From Patescibacteria group bacterium (GTDB lineage: Bacteria; Patescibacteriota; CPR2; UBA1875; CAIMLA01), in NCBI GenBank assembly GCA_041738615.1, contig JBGSPL010000002.1, positions 76,654-114,149 of the forward strand: a stretch of DNA of 37,496 nt, given 5' to 3'. This document shows, in pieces, positions 8,382-14,894 of the stretch. The position numbers and the translations under genes are program-made. Positions within the stretch are counted from its first letter, which is position 1. Every line of letters starts with the position of its first letter. The notes under the pieces were generated by a model that saw only the letters and a list, made by a program, of their open reading frames with translations, did not search any database and had not been told where the DNA came from.

Positions 8382-9188
8382 TTAAAGCTCGATGTCTTCG
8401 AAGAGTTCGTCTAGTTTGAATTCAAAGTCCTGAGGATGTAGCAACCATTGGAACTTTTCAGGGTTTTCTACAAAAGAGGTGTAGAGTGGCTTTGCCTTAG
8501 TGATTCCCCATTCGGGTTTCTCTAGAGCACGGACAATCCTCACGGATTTGATGTCATAATTGGGATTCTCTACAAGCCCTGCCTCGGTTCGGTATAGGGC
8601 CCCGCCAATTTTTTCCTTGAACATGCCGTATTGTGACTGATTCGGGTTATCACGTTTCTGGATATCAATTTCTGCTGCAGGTTCTGTCCCTACATTCATG
8701 CTGACATGACCGTATCCGGGAGGCATGACTACTTTGTCACACTCATCGGCTACTACCCAGATTACATCGACTTTTCCGTCCTCATCTTCTTCACTTTGAA
8801 GTAGATATTCGAATTTGCCAGAAACAGCCTCGTATACTTCGGGGTAAGCGACCTTAGTACCTTCCACATATCCATGGTAGTGGCCCACTGTCTTTGTGAA
8901 TTCATCACCTACTTTACCTGGGTTTATGATGGTAAGGTCCGCCATAAAGTCGTTGTCCACGAAAACAGCTTCGTCGCTGGTTTTCTCCATGTAGCGGTTA
9001 CCAAAATATAAGGTCTTCGACAATTTCGAATTTCGAATTTCGAATTTCGAATGATCGCGATATGCATACTTCCCTGCCTCGAAGGTCTTGTCCCACTCCA
9101 CAGCGGGCGTAAAATCCTCTCGCGAGTAATTTAGTTTATCTTCTCCGATGGAGAAGTCTAGGCCTGATTTTTCTTTGTAATTTCTCAT
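8382..9188 (-). CDS. cupin-type (archaeal-type) glucose-6-phosphate isomerase
   Basis: Cupin metal motifs TVGHYHGY...YPEVYEAVSGKFEYLLQ and VMPPGYGHVSMNVG match my memory of the cPGI family signature (TxGHxH...EvY, PPxxxHxxxN). Confidence 0.85.
   Translation of the reverse strand: MRNYKEKSGLDFSIGEDKLNYSREDFTPAVEWDKTFEAGKYAYRDHSKFEIRNSKLSKTLYFGNRYMEKTSDEAVFVDNDFMADLTIINPGKVGDEFTKTVGHYHGYVEGTKVAYPEVYEAVSGKFEYLLQSEEDEDGKVDVIWVVADECDKVVMPPGYGHVSMNVGTEPAAEIDIQKRDNPNQSQYGMFKEKIGGALYRTEAGLVENPNYDIKSVRIVRALEKPEWGITKAKPLYTSFVENPEKFQWLLHPQDFEFKLDELFEDIEL
9022..9052 (-). repeat. perfect heptanucleotide tract (TTCGAAT)x4.4 inside the PGI gene
   Basis: The plus strand reads AAT TTCGAAT TTCGAAT TTCGAAT TTCGAAT. 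The sense strand encodes HSKFEIRNSKL. Confidence 0.85.
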
Positions 9189-9194
9189 GTACCT

Positions 9195-9203
9195 ATTGTA
9201 GCA
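9195..9203 (-). promoter_or_regulatory. extended -10 (TGcTACAAT) 6 nt upstream of the PGI ATG
   Basis: The minus strand reads TGC TACAAT AGGTAC ATG. There is no SD at functional spacing, and it sits immediately downstream of the 9222-9253 terminator. Confidence 0.4.
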
Positions 9204-9221
9204 AAAATACCAAGACAGAAA

Positions 9222-9253
9222 CAGCCCCCGAACGCTAGACGCGTCGGGGGCTG
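9222..9253 (-). terminator. GC-rich intrinsic terminator of the 9366..9716 gene
   Basis: 10-bp stem CAGCCCCCGA / TCGGGGGCTG, plus an inner 3-bp extension. The minus strand continues TTTCTGTCTTG. Confidence 0.65.
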
Positions 9254-9365
9254 CAGAACATTTGTCCCAGACAGTGCGAGAGGGGATCCAGCACTGCCTG
9301 GTTCATTCGGGGCGGAGATCGTAGCCGCTGCCAGGCGGTCCGTTCTCGACGTCCCAAACTGGGGG

Positions 9366-9716
9366 TTACTTGAGAGTTGGAACCATGTACTTCATGGGCG
9401 AGTCGGCCGTAGTGACCGTCGGAAAAGATGCCTTTTCGAATTCGTCTATGGTGTAGCCGGCAGCTTCGACTTCATACTCGTGAAAGTAGTAGTCGAAGTC
9501 GCGGTCGTCTGCGCCACCGATTATGGCAGCCACATGTGGCTTCGCTTTCAGCTCTGCGATGTGACGCGCCTTGTTATCGGTAGCCTGGTTCGTTACCTGT
9601 TGGGCATTCTTGTCCGCCGAAACCATTTGCCATGTACTGTGTGCTGCCATCAGCACGAGAGCAACGGCCATAATGGTCAACGGAACCGTGAAATACCCCC
9701 AGTTGTTCTTGTACAT
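9366..9716 (-). CDS. hypothetical N-terminally membrane-anchored protein (GC3-rich)
   Basis: Start trimmed from 9992 to ATG 9716 (GGAG 8 nt upstream): MYKNNWGYFTVPLTIMAVALVLMAA... It has its own near-consensus promoter and terminator. No family recognised. Confidence 0.6.
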   Translation of the reverse strand: MYKNNWGYFTVPLTIMAVALVLMAAHSTWQMVSADKNAQQVTNQATDNKARHIAELKAKPHVAAIIGGADDRDFDYYFHEYEVEAAGYTIDEFEKASFPTVTTADSPMKYMVPTLK

Positions 9717-9786
9717 TGTAACGCTCCAATCTATGAGAAGTCTGCGGGGAGCGTCCCCTTCTAGCACCTTTTGGTACTCGACGTAT

Positions 9787-9815
9787 ATTCTAGCACAATA
9801 TGGCTTTTCTGTCAA
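9787..9815 (-). promoter_or_regulatory. near-consensus sigma-70 promoter
   Basis: On the minus strand: TTGACA (9815..9810), 17 nt, TAGAAT (9792..9787), with TGC just upstream of the -10. Located about 70 nt upstream of ATG 9716. Confidence 0.6.
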
Positions 9816-9837
9816 GTATATTTTTGAGGTAATTATA

Positions 9838-9866
9838 TTGATTAAATACAAAATCCATGTTAGGAT
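9838..9866 (+). promoter_or_regulatory. candidate divergent promoter for ORF 9913..10227
   Basis: TTGATT (9838-9843), 17 nt, TAGGAT (9861-9866). Confidence 0.35.
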
Positions 9867-9912
9867 TCGTGCACTGTACAGCAGTCTTCTTGTGATGAGA
9901 GGTGGGGTGTAG

Positions 9913-10227
9913 GTGTTTACCAACGAGGCGATAGTCAGGATTGACGGAGTCGGGACGAAAGTCGAAGCGGTCGGAGAGGGCTCGGGACTCAATGCTGCGA
10001 CGCTGAGTCACACGATAGCGCGTACGCATATCATGTCGCGCGTAGCGCGCCTCGGCGACGGTAACGACGTATTGCTCGGGTATTCTCGCAGCGGTGGCAC
10101 TACAGTTTTGCTTCATACGGAGCATGGGATTGTCGGCCCCTTTGCCGGCATTGCCTTTACACCTGACGGAATTACCGTCGTCGCCGAAGTGACCCATCGT
10201 GGGTCGCACAAGAAGAAGGCCAGCTAA
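9913..10227 (+). CDS. hypothetical GC-rich small protein (104 aa)
   Basis: GTG start with GAGGTGG about 8 nt upstream. First codon positions are G-rich and GC3 is about 64% by hand count. It ends in the 10215-10250 hairpin. The antisense ORF 9790..10209 shares the same triplet phase and is judged to be a shadow. No family recognised. Confidence 0.4.
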   Translation: MFTNEAIVRIDGVGTKVEAVGEGSGLNAATLSHTIARTHIMSRVARLGDGNDVLLGYSRSGGTTVLLHTEHGIVGPFAGIAFTPDGITVVAEVTHRGSHKKKAS

Positions 10228-10250
10228 CGCGTTTGCGATAGCTGGCCTTC
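10215..10250. terminator. 11-bp hairpin shared by convergent ORF 9913..10227 and trpS
   Basis: GAAGGCCAGCT (10215-10225) / AGCTGGCCTTC (10240-10250) with a 14-nt loop. T-rich tails are modest on both strands. Confidence 0.55.
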
Positions 10251-10261
10251 GTCGTTTTATA

Positions 10262-11251
10262 TTAGATTCCGAGGCCGATAGTTTCTTTCACTCTAGCTAG
10301 GGTTTCAGCGGCTTTCGGTGCAACTAGAGTAGCACCGTCCCTCAGGACTTCGATTACGTAATCATCGGTCAGGGAAGCGTACTTTTCTTGGAACGGGGTA
10401 AGCAGCACAATAACCGCTTCGGCGACATCTTTCTTGAACTCTCCGTATGACACACCTTTGTATTTTTTCTCGAGCTCGGGGACAGAAGTCTCGGTACAAA
10501 CCGAGAGTATGTTGAGGAGGTTAGAAATACCTGGCTTCTTGTCCTTATCGAATCGTATTTCGTTGTCGCTATCGGTTACGGCGCTTGCCAGTTTTTTACG
10601 AATATTATCGGACGTATCTAGTATCTCAATCCTGCTTTTAGGGTTTTCGTCGGACTTGGACATCTTTACAGTCGGATCTGTAAGGCTCATGATTCGGGTT
10701 GCTGCCTTATTGGTAGTGAATTCTGGAATCTGGAATACTTCTGTTCCGTAGCGCTTGTTTACACGCTCCGCGATATCACGACAGATTTCGACGTGTTGTT
10801 TCTGATCGTCGCCAACAGGGACTTCGTCGGTATCGTAGAGTAGAATATCTGCAGCCATGAGCACTGGGTAGTCAAAAAGACCAACCGAGACGCTCTCACC
10901 TTTGGTTTTAGATTTATCTTTAAATTGCGTCATTCGACTAGCTTCCCCAAACGGTGTGTAACAATTTAATATCCAGCAGAGTTCGGAAACCTCTGGTCTG
11001 CTAGATTGGACAAACACGATCGAACGGTCCAAATTAATCCCCGCTGCAAGGTAAATTTTAGCAATTTCGATAGTTCTCTCTTTCAAGCGAGTTGCATCTT
11101 GGGGGACGGTAATAGAATGAAGGTCCATAACACAGAAGATATTATCTTTCGTATCTTGCTCTTTTACCCACTTGTAAATAGTTGCAAGGTAATTTCCGAT
11201 ATGTAAGTCACCGCTTGGTTGGATTCCTGAAAAAACGCGTTTTGTTGCCAT
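10262..11251 (-). CDS. trpS: tryptophan--tRNA ligase
   Basis: Class I motifs: the HIGH variant (GDLHIGNY) and KMSKS (VKMSKSD). Length 329 aa with typical TrpRS sequence throughout. Confidence 0.95.
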   Translation of the reverse strand: MATKRVFSGIQPSGDLHIGNYLATIYKWVKEQDTKDNIFCVMDLHSITVPQDATRLKERTIEIAKIYLAAGINLDRSIVFVQSSRPEVSELCWILNCYTPFGEASRMTQFKDKSKTKGESVSVGLFDYPVLMAADILLYDTDEVPVGDDQKQHVEICRDIAERVNKRYGTEVFQIPEFTTNKAATRIMSLTDPTVKMSKSDENPKSRIEILDTSDNIRKKLASAVTDSDNEIRFDKDKKPGISNLLNILSVCTETSVPELEKKYKGVSYGEFKKDVAEAVIVLLTPFQEKYASLTDDYVIEVLRDGATLVAPKAAETLARVKETIGLGI

Positions 11252-11295
11252 GAAAAATCCTTTGTTAGTAGGTTAATTGTAGCATAGCGCAGACT

Positions 11296-11664
11296 TTATT
11301 TAACGTCTACGGCAGGACCGATGGAGTTATCGGACTTATTTACCTTGAAGCTTAAGTAGACGGGTGCGCTCATAGTCCCCGTATTTTGGCTGAAGTTTAC
11401 CAGCCAGTAAGTGCCCTTATCCGTAATGTCACAAGGGTAGTTGGCCTTGATCGATGAAGGATAATGTTTTCGCACCAGTCTACAAGCATCGCTGTCGTCC
11501 TCGTTGACCGTAACTTTGTTGTAGTAATCTACGAGTACCCAGGAGCCAAATGCCATCATCCCTAAGAAAATCAGCACTGGGAAAATACCAATGAGCAAGG
11601 CGCGTTTACCGCGGATAAATCCCTCGTCGTTATTGAATTTTTGTTTTTTAGGCTTTTTTGCCAC
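11296..11664 (-). CDS. hypothetical membrane-anchored protein
   Basis: Basic N-terminus plus one TM helix (ALLIGIFPVLIFLGMMAFGSWVLV). It overlaps the upstream PMM gene by 17 nt. No family recognised. Confidence 0.6.
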   Translation of the reverse strand: MAKKPKKQKFNNDEGFIRGKRALLIGIFPVLIFLGMMAFGSWVLVDYYNKVTVNEDDSDACRLVRKHYPSSIKANYPCDITDKGTYWLVNFSQNTGTMSAPVYLSFKVNKSDNSIGPAVDVK

Positions 11665-13024
11665 CGATAGCCTCCGTTAGTTCGGCGAGTTTCTCTTCGG
11701 CCAGTTGCTGCGACTTCGCTTCTATATTTAATCTTATCACAGGCTCGGTGTTAGATCCACGTAGGTTCAGGTGCCAGTCAGCGAAATCTATGGAGACGCC
11801 GTCTGTGTAATCCATAGCCCCAGAGCTGTAAATGCTTTTTATCTTCTCTATAGACTCGGCGACACTATCTACGTAGAAATTAGTTTCCTCGATGGCGAAA
11901 TATTTACTTCGGTAGTCAGCGACAATTTCGGAAAGTGATTTGCCTGTTTTCGAAACCATCTCAGCAACGATGAGGAAGGGCACCATTCCGTTGTCGGTAT
12001 ACCAAAGATCCCGGAAGTAGTAGTGAGCCGAGGTCTCAGCACCAAAAATTGCATTCTCTTTGCGCATCCTTTCCTTGATAAATGAATGACCGGACTTGTT
12101 GATGGCGAGTTTAGAATTGTACCTGGCAGCAATTTCTGTCGGTAACCAGGTAAGCCGTGGGTCTACCACTACCGTCTCCCCTGGTGCTTTGCTAAGAAAA
12201 TAGTCCATCAGGAGGCCTGTAATGTAGTATGGCAAGATAAAGTTGCCTTTTTCGTCATAGAAAAAGCAGCGGTCGGCATCCGCATCCCAGATGACCCCGA
12301 AGTCCACAGCTGAACTGGCAACGAGCTCGGCAGTTTCTTGACGTAGGGCGGCCTGCATGGGATCCGGTTTACCCTTAGGAAAACTACCATCCTGCTCAAA
12401 ATTGAGTTTTACGAGCTCTATTCCTAGCGACTTTGCAATTGCTTCGGCATTTAGATTTGCAGCACCAAAGTTCGGATTTGCTACTACTCGAAGAGGCTTA
12501 ATGTCATTCGTATTCACAAATGTGAGCATCTTGGCAATGTAGTCGGCGTGGATTTCTATCGTTTCAATCTTCCCTTTCGTAGGGGCAGGTGTGAAGCTAG
12601 GGTTCATGGCAAGATCGCGAATCTCGGCAATGCCACTATCCATTGAAACGGGGCGAGACTCCTCGCGAACAATTTTCATCCCATTATATTCCTTGGCGTT
12701 ATGAGAAGCAGAGAGTGTGATTCCCCCGTCTAGTCCATAGTTCGCTACAGCAAAATAGAGCATATCGGTGGTGATAACCCCGATATTAACCACGTCTACT
12801 CCCATCTCAGTAAGTCCTGTAGCAGCAGCTTCCCAGAGCTCTGGGCCAGAAAGTCGGACATCTCTACCTAGGGCAACCTTCTTCTTGTCCGTCGAAGCAT
12901 TGGCGGAGTCGGATGGCTTCAGCCAGGAAGCATACGCCATAGCGATGTTTTTCGCGTCCATCGCATCCATTTCTGTTGGGTAAATACCTCGTATGTCGTA
13001 AGCCTTGAAAATTTCTGCTTTCAT
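11648..13024 (-). CDS. phosphomannomutase/phosphoglucomutase (alpha-D-phosphohexomutase)
   Basis: FKAYDIRG at the N-terminus, active-site loop TLSASHNAKEYNGMK, metal loop WDADADRCF, and GAETSAHYYF. Start trimmed from 13084 to ATG 13024 (AGGAG 5-6 nt upstream). Confidence 0.9.
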   Translation of the reverse strand: MKAEIFKAYDIRGIYPTEMDAMDAKNIAMAYASWLKPSDSANASTDKKKVALGRDVRLSGPELWEAAATGLTEMGVDVVNIGVITTDMLYFAVANYGLDGGITLSASHNAKEYNGMKIVREESRPVSMDSGIAEIRDLAMNPSFTPAPTKGKIETIEIHADYIAKMLTFVNTNDIKPLRVVANPNFGAANLNAEAIAKSLGIELVKLNFEQDGSFPKGKPDPMQAALRQETAELVASSAVDFGVIWDADADRCFFYDEKGNFILPYYITGLLMDYFLSKAPGETVVVDPRLTWLPTEIAARYNSKLAINKSGHSFIKERMRKENAIFGAETSAHYYFRDLWYTDNGMVPFLIVAEMVSKTGKSLSEIVADYRSKYFAIEETNFYVDSVAESIEKIKSIYSSGAMDYTDGVSIDFADWHLNLRGSNTEPVIRLNIEAKSQQLAEEKLAELTEAIGGKKA

Positions 13025-13040
13025 CTTGCTCCTAAATAGA

Positions 13041-13068
13041 TTGATAAACTTGTTGATAACATTATAAA
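13041..13068 (+). promoter_or_regulatory. candidate plus-strand promoter facing into the GC-rich region
   Basis: TTGATA (13041-13046), 16 nt, TATAAA (13063-13068). It overlaps the divergent PMM promoter. Confidence 0.4.
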
Positions 13069-13084
13069 CTATAAGTGATGTCAA
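13056..13084 (-). promoter_or_regulatory. candidate promoter of the phosphomannomutase gene
   Basis: On the minus strand: TTGACA (13084..13079), 17 nt, TGTTAT (13061..13056). Confidence 0.4.
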
Positions 13085-13111
13085 TGACGAGTACCCAGGG
13101 AGGCGATAGAC

Positions 13112-13450
13112 TTGAGTGTAGCTAGGCTGGTTACGGAGTTTCGACTCTGGCAGATAAGTCGTGGTGGTTGTTGCCAGCTAGACAAAGCGGTGCTCAACTC
13201 GAGAGCCTTCAGCCTGAAAGGTATCGTGATACCCGTGGAGGTGTTTCTCGGCCTGGTAGACTCGAGAAATGCCACGATGCGGGTTCACGCTACATTCGAC
13301 CCCTCAAAGGTCCCGAGTCTTGCGAACTTCACGGTTGTCTCCGTGGAATGCTCGCAGATGGAGGAGGTTTGGGTGGTCCCCAGAGTGGCCTTCGACCGAT
13401 ACAAGGAATCGGTTATGGCACCAGGGAGAGGACTTGCTCTCACGTCATGA
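13112..13450 (+). CDS. hypothetical GC-rich ORF (112 aa), possible AbrB/MazE-like fold; may instead be part of an RNA element
   Basis: GGAGG (13099-13103) lies 8 nt upstream of TTG 13112. In the second half of the ORF, 43 of 59 codons end in G/C by hand count and first positions are G-rich, whereas the other two frames lack this periodicity. SLKGIVIPVEVFLGLVDSRNATMRV weakly resembles a swapped-hairpin motif. Confidence 0.4.
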   Translation: MSVARLVTEFRLWQISRGGCCQLDKAVLNSRAFSLKGIVIPVEVFLGLVDSRNATMRVHATFDPSKVPSLANFTVVSVECSQMEEVWVVPRVAFDRYKESVMAPGRGLALTS

Positions 13451-13619
13451 GGACCCAGCCTAGAAACGGAGGTCTCAGGTGAAGAAGCTTCACAGTGGGC
13501 TCTGTCCGAAGTGCGACAGCGACTAACCGGCAAAGGAGGGCAAATATCTCGCCAGAGAGGTGACGCTCCTGGTCGGATATCCCCTAAGCGCTGTGTCCGC
13601 AGTGCGAGGAGTGATGCCG

Positions 13620-13653
13620 AACGCCCCGATACCGAGCTTGGTATCGGGGCGTT
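13620..13653. other. perfect 14-bp GC-rich hairpin without U-tract
   Basis: AACGCCCCGATACC - GAGCTT - GGTATCGGGGCGTT. It could end a plus-strand transcript from the GC-rich region. No T-run follows on either strand. Confidence 0.6.
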
Positions 13654-13666
13654 AGACTTTGGGATA

Positions 13667-13695
13667 TTCGAATTCTAATGTGAAAGACGTATAAT
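13667..13695 (+). promoter_or_regulatory. candidate promoter with the -10 box 6 nt upstream of the PRC-barrel ATG
   Basis: TTCGAA (13667-13672), 17 nt, TATAAT (13690-13695), then AGGTCT and ATG 13702. Confidence 0.35.
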
Positions 13696-13701
13696 AGGTC
13701 T

Positions 13702-14232
13702 ATGATAAAGTTTGCCTCAGAGCTTAGACTAAAACCAGTACTACTCCGTAAAGAGATGGCACTTGTTGGTGTGGTCGAGGATATTATAGTAAACCCAGAC
13801 AACGGAGAATTTGCAGGTATACTTGTAAGGGAAGGTTTCGGTAAGAAGCATCTAAAGACCCTGCCTCAAAAGGACTTACTCAGTATTACCTCTGAGTACT
13901 ACTTGATTTCGGAATACGGTGCACTGGGAGAGGTAGATGAGATAGTACGGCTGAAAGAAATTTTGGATAGGGATATCTCGATTGTTGGCGCCAAGACCTA
14001 TACTGTCAGCGGCAAATATCTCGGAAAGTGCCGCGATTTTACACTCAATCTGACATCCATGAAAATAGACAAAATATACGTAGACCCACCGATGCTATCT
14101 GCTGCTATGAGGGAGCATGTGATTGCTTTTCCGCAGATAGTTTCAATCGAGAAGGACAAGATTACGGTAGAGGATGCATTTGTGAAAGCACCAAAGACGG
14201 TGAAGGGCAAGCTCGCCGAAGCCGTAAGCTAG
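13702..14232 (+). CDS. PRC-barrel domain protein (two PRC-like halves)
   Basis: LRKEMALVGVVEDIIVNPDNGEFAGILV and VGAKTYTVSGKYLGKCRDFTLNLTSMKIDKIYV resemble the PRC-barrel pattern (G..lG.v.d...d...g.v..l.v). Confidence 0.7.
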   Translation: MIKFASELRLKPVLLRKEMALVGVVEDIIVNPDNGEFAGILVREGFGKKHLKTLPQKDLLSITSEYYLISEYGALGEVDEIVRLKEILDRDISIVGAKTYTVSGKYLGKCRDFTLNLTSMKIDKIYVDPPMLSAAMREHVIAFPQIVSIEKDKITVEDAFVKAPKTVKGKLAEAVS

Positions 14233-14254
14233 GTTAAATCCGGCAAGAACTCAC

Positions 14255-14283
14255 TTTACGAAGGGGGTTCTTTTTGATACAAT
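14255..14283 (+). promoter_or_regulatory. candidate extended -10 promoter for ORF 14363..14788
   Basis: TTTACG (14255-14260), 17 nt, TACAAT (14278-14283), with TG at 14275-14276. Confidence 0.4.
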
Positions 14284-14362
14284 ACAGCGTCCTACCTGTT
14301 CTATTCGAGTACGTTGGTGCGCGACAGACCACCGGAAGGTCTGAGAGAAGGGTGGTGTACAG

Positions 14363-14788
14363 ATGACAGATTCAGTTACTGATCAGCGGGAAACGTATTA
14401 CGGCAGTGATGCTGTAGCGGAGCTCGCGAGCATTCGCGAAATGATCTCCAAGGGAGACCAGGTACCTTGGGCGATTCCGATGGGTTTTGACAGCCACGGC
14501 GCCTACAAGATCGCTGGCATCACACCGAGAGCCGACATCCCTGACTTCACCGAACTGGTTGTAGCCGTACCTCAGGGTGAAGAAGGCGAGGTAACCCTGG
14601 GATTGTTGCCCTGCCATGGACTATACGATCACAGAGACCTCACGATAGAGGTATTCTCGGTGAGGGGAACGAAGTGGTGGGTTTTGTCGGAGGCCGGGGA
14701 CATGGGGTACTTCGACTTGGCGGTCTGCTTGCTTCCCCAAGGCGCAGAGCCGCCGCAATCCATCAGTCGGGAAGACCTCCGGGCCTAG
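14363..14788 (+). CDS. hypothetical GC-rich protein (141 aa)
   Basis: ATG start with a weak purine-rich RBS. About 58% GC in two hand-counted 60-nt windows, versus about 45% in the adjacent PRC gene. The sequence is protein-like, but no family was recognised. Confidence 0.55.
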   Translation: MTDSVTDQRETYYGSDAVAELASIREMISKGDQVPWAIPMGFDSHGAYKIAGITPRADIPDFTELVVAVPQGEEGEVTLGLLPCHGLYDHRDLTIEVFSVRGTKWWVLSEAGDMGYFDLAVCLLPQGAEPPQSISREDLRA

Positions 14789-14860
14789 CCGGGAGCGATT
14801 ACTGCTCGTTTGTCTGTCGTCGTCAGCTGTCCTGTCCGGAGGGCAGCTCGACCAATTTGA

Positions 14861-14888
14861 TTGACATTTACCTGTGTTTTGGTATAAT
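14861..14888 (+). promoter_or_regulatory. near-consensus promoter of the rpsF-ssb-rpsR operon
   Basis: TTGACA (14861-14866), 16 nt, TATAAT (14883-14888), preceded by TGg (extended -10). Confidence 0.7.
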
Positions 14889-14894
14889 TACTGC

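Noticed and set aside
9790-10209. 139-aa minus-strand ORF antisense to 9913..10227.
   Set aside because: It is in the same triplet phase as the plus ORF (classic shadow frame) and Arg-rich with fewer G at first codon positions. It would run through the strong minus-strand promoter at 9787-9815 and lacks an RBS.
13124-13462. tmRNA-like signal. GGCTGGTTACGGAGTTTCGAC resembles the tmRNA 5' end (compare B. subtilis GGGGACGUUACGGAUUCGAC). AGGCTGG (13124-13130) is perfectly complementary to CCAGCCT (13455-13461), which is followed by A, giving a typical length of 339 nt.
   Set aside because: There is no T-arm (GGTTCGAATCC-like) before the 3' strand. There is no G3:U70 pair and the 5' end is not GGGG. 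No plausible tag reading frame ending in ...AA-stop was found. The span also coincides with an ORF showing coding periodicity.
13168-13482. Alternative plus-frame ORFs (13168..13482, 13269..13463) and minus ORFs (13285..13533, 13081..13275, 13584..13802) in the same region.
   Set aside because: They are Arg/Trp/Ser-rich with low G/C at third positions and no RBS. Their openness is explained by the GC richness of the region.
13085-13660. RNase P RNA, SRP RNA or 6S RNA in the GC-rich gap.
   Set aside because: I found no GGAAAGTCC-type CR-I on either strand. I found no ACAGAA..GGCTTA-type CR-V with a complementary P4 partner; the ACAAGGAATCGGTTAT match is just a local hairpin. I found no SRP helix-8 motif. 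This needs covariance-model confirmation.
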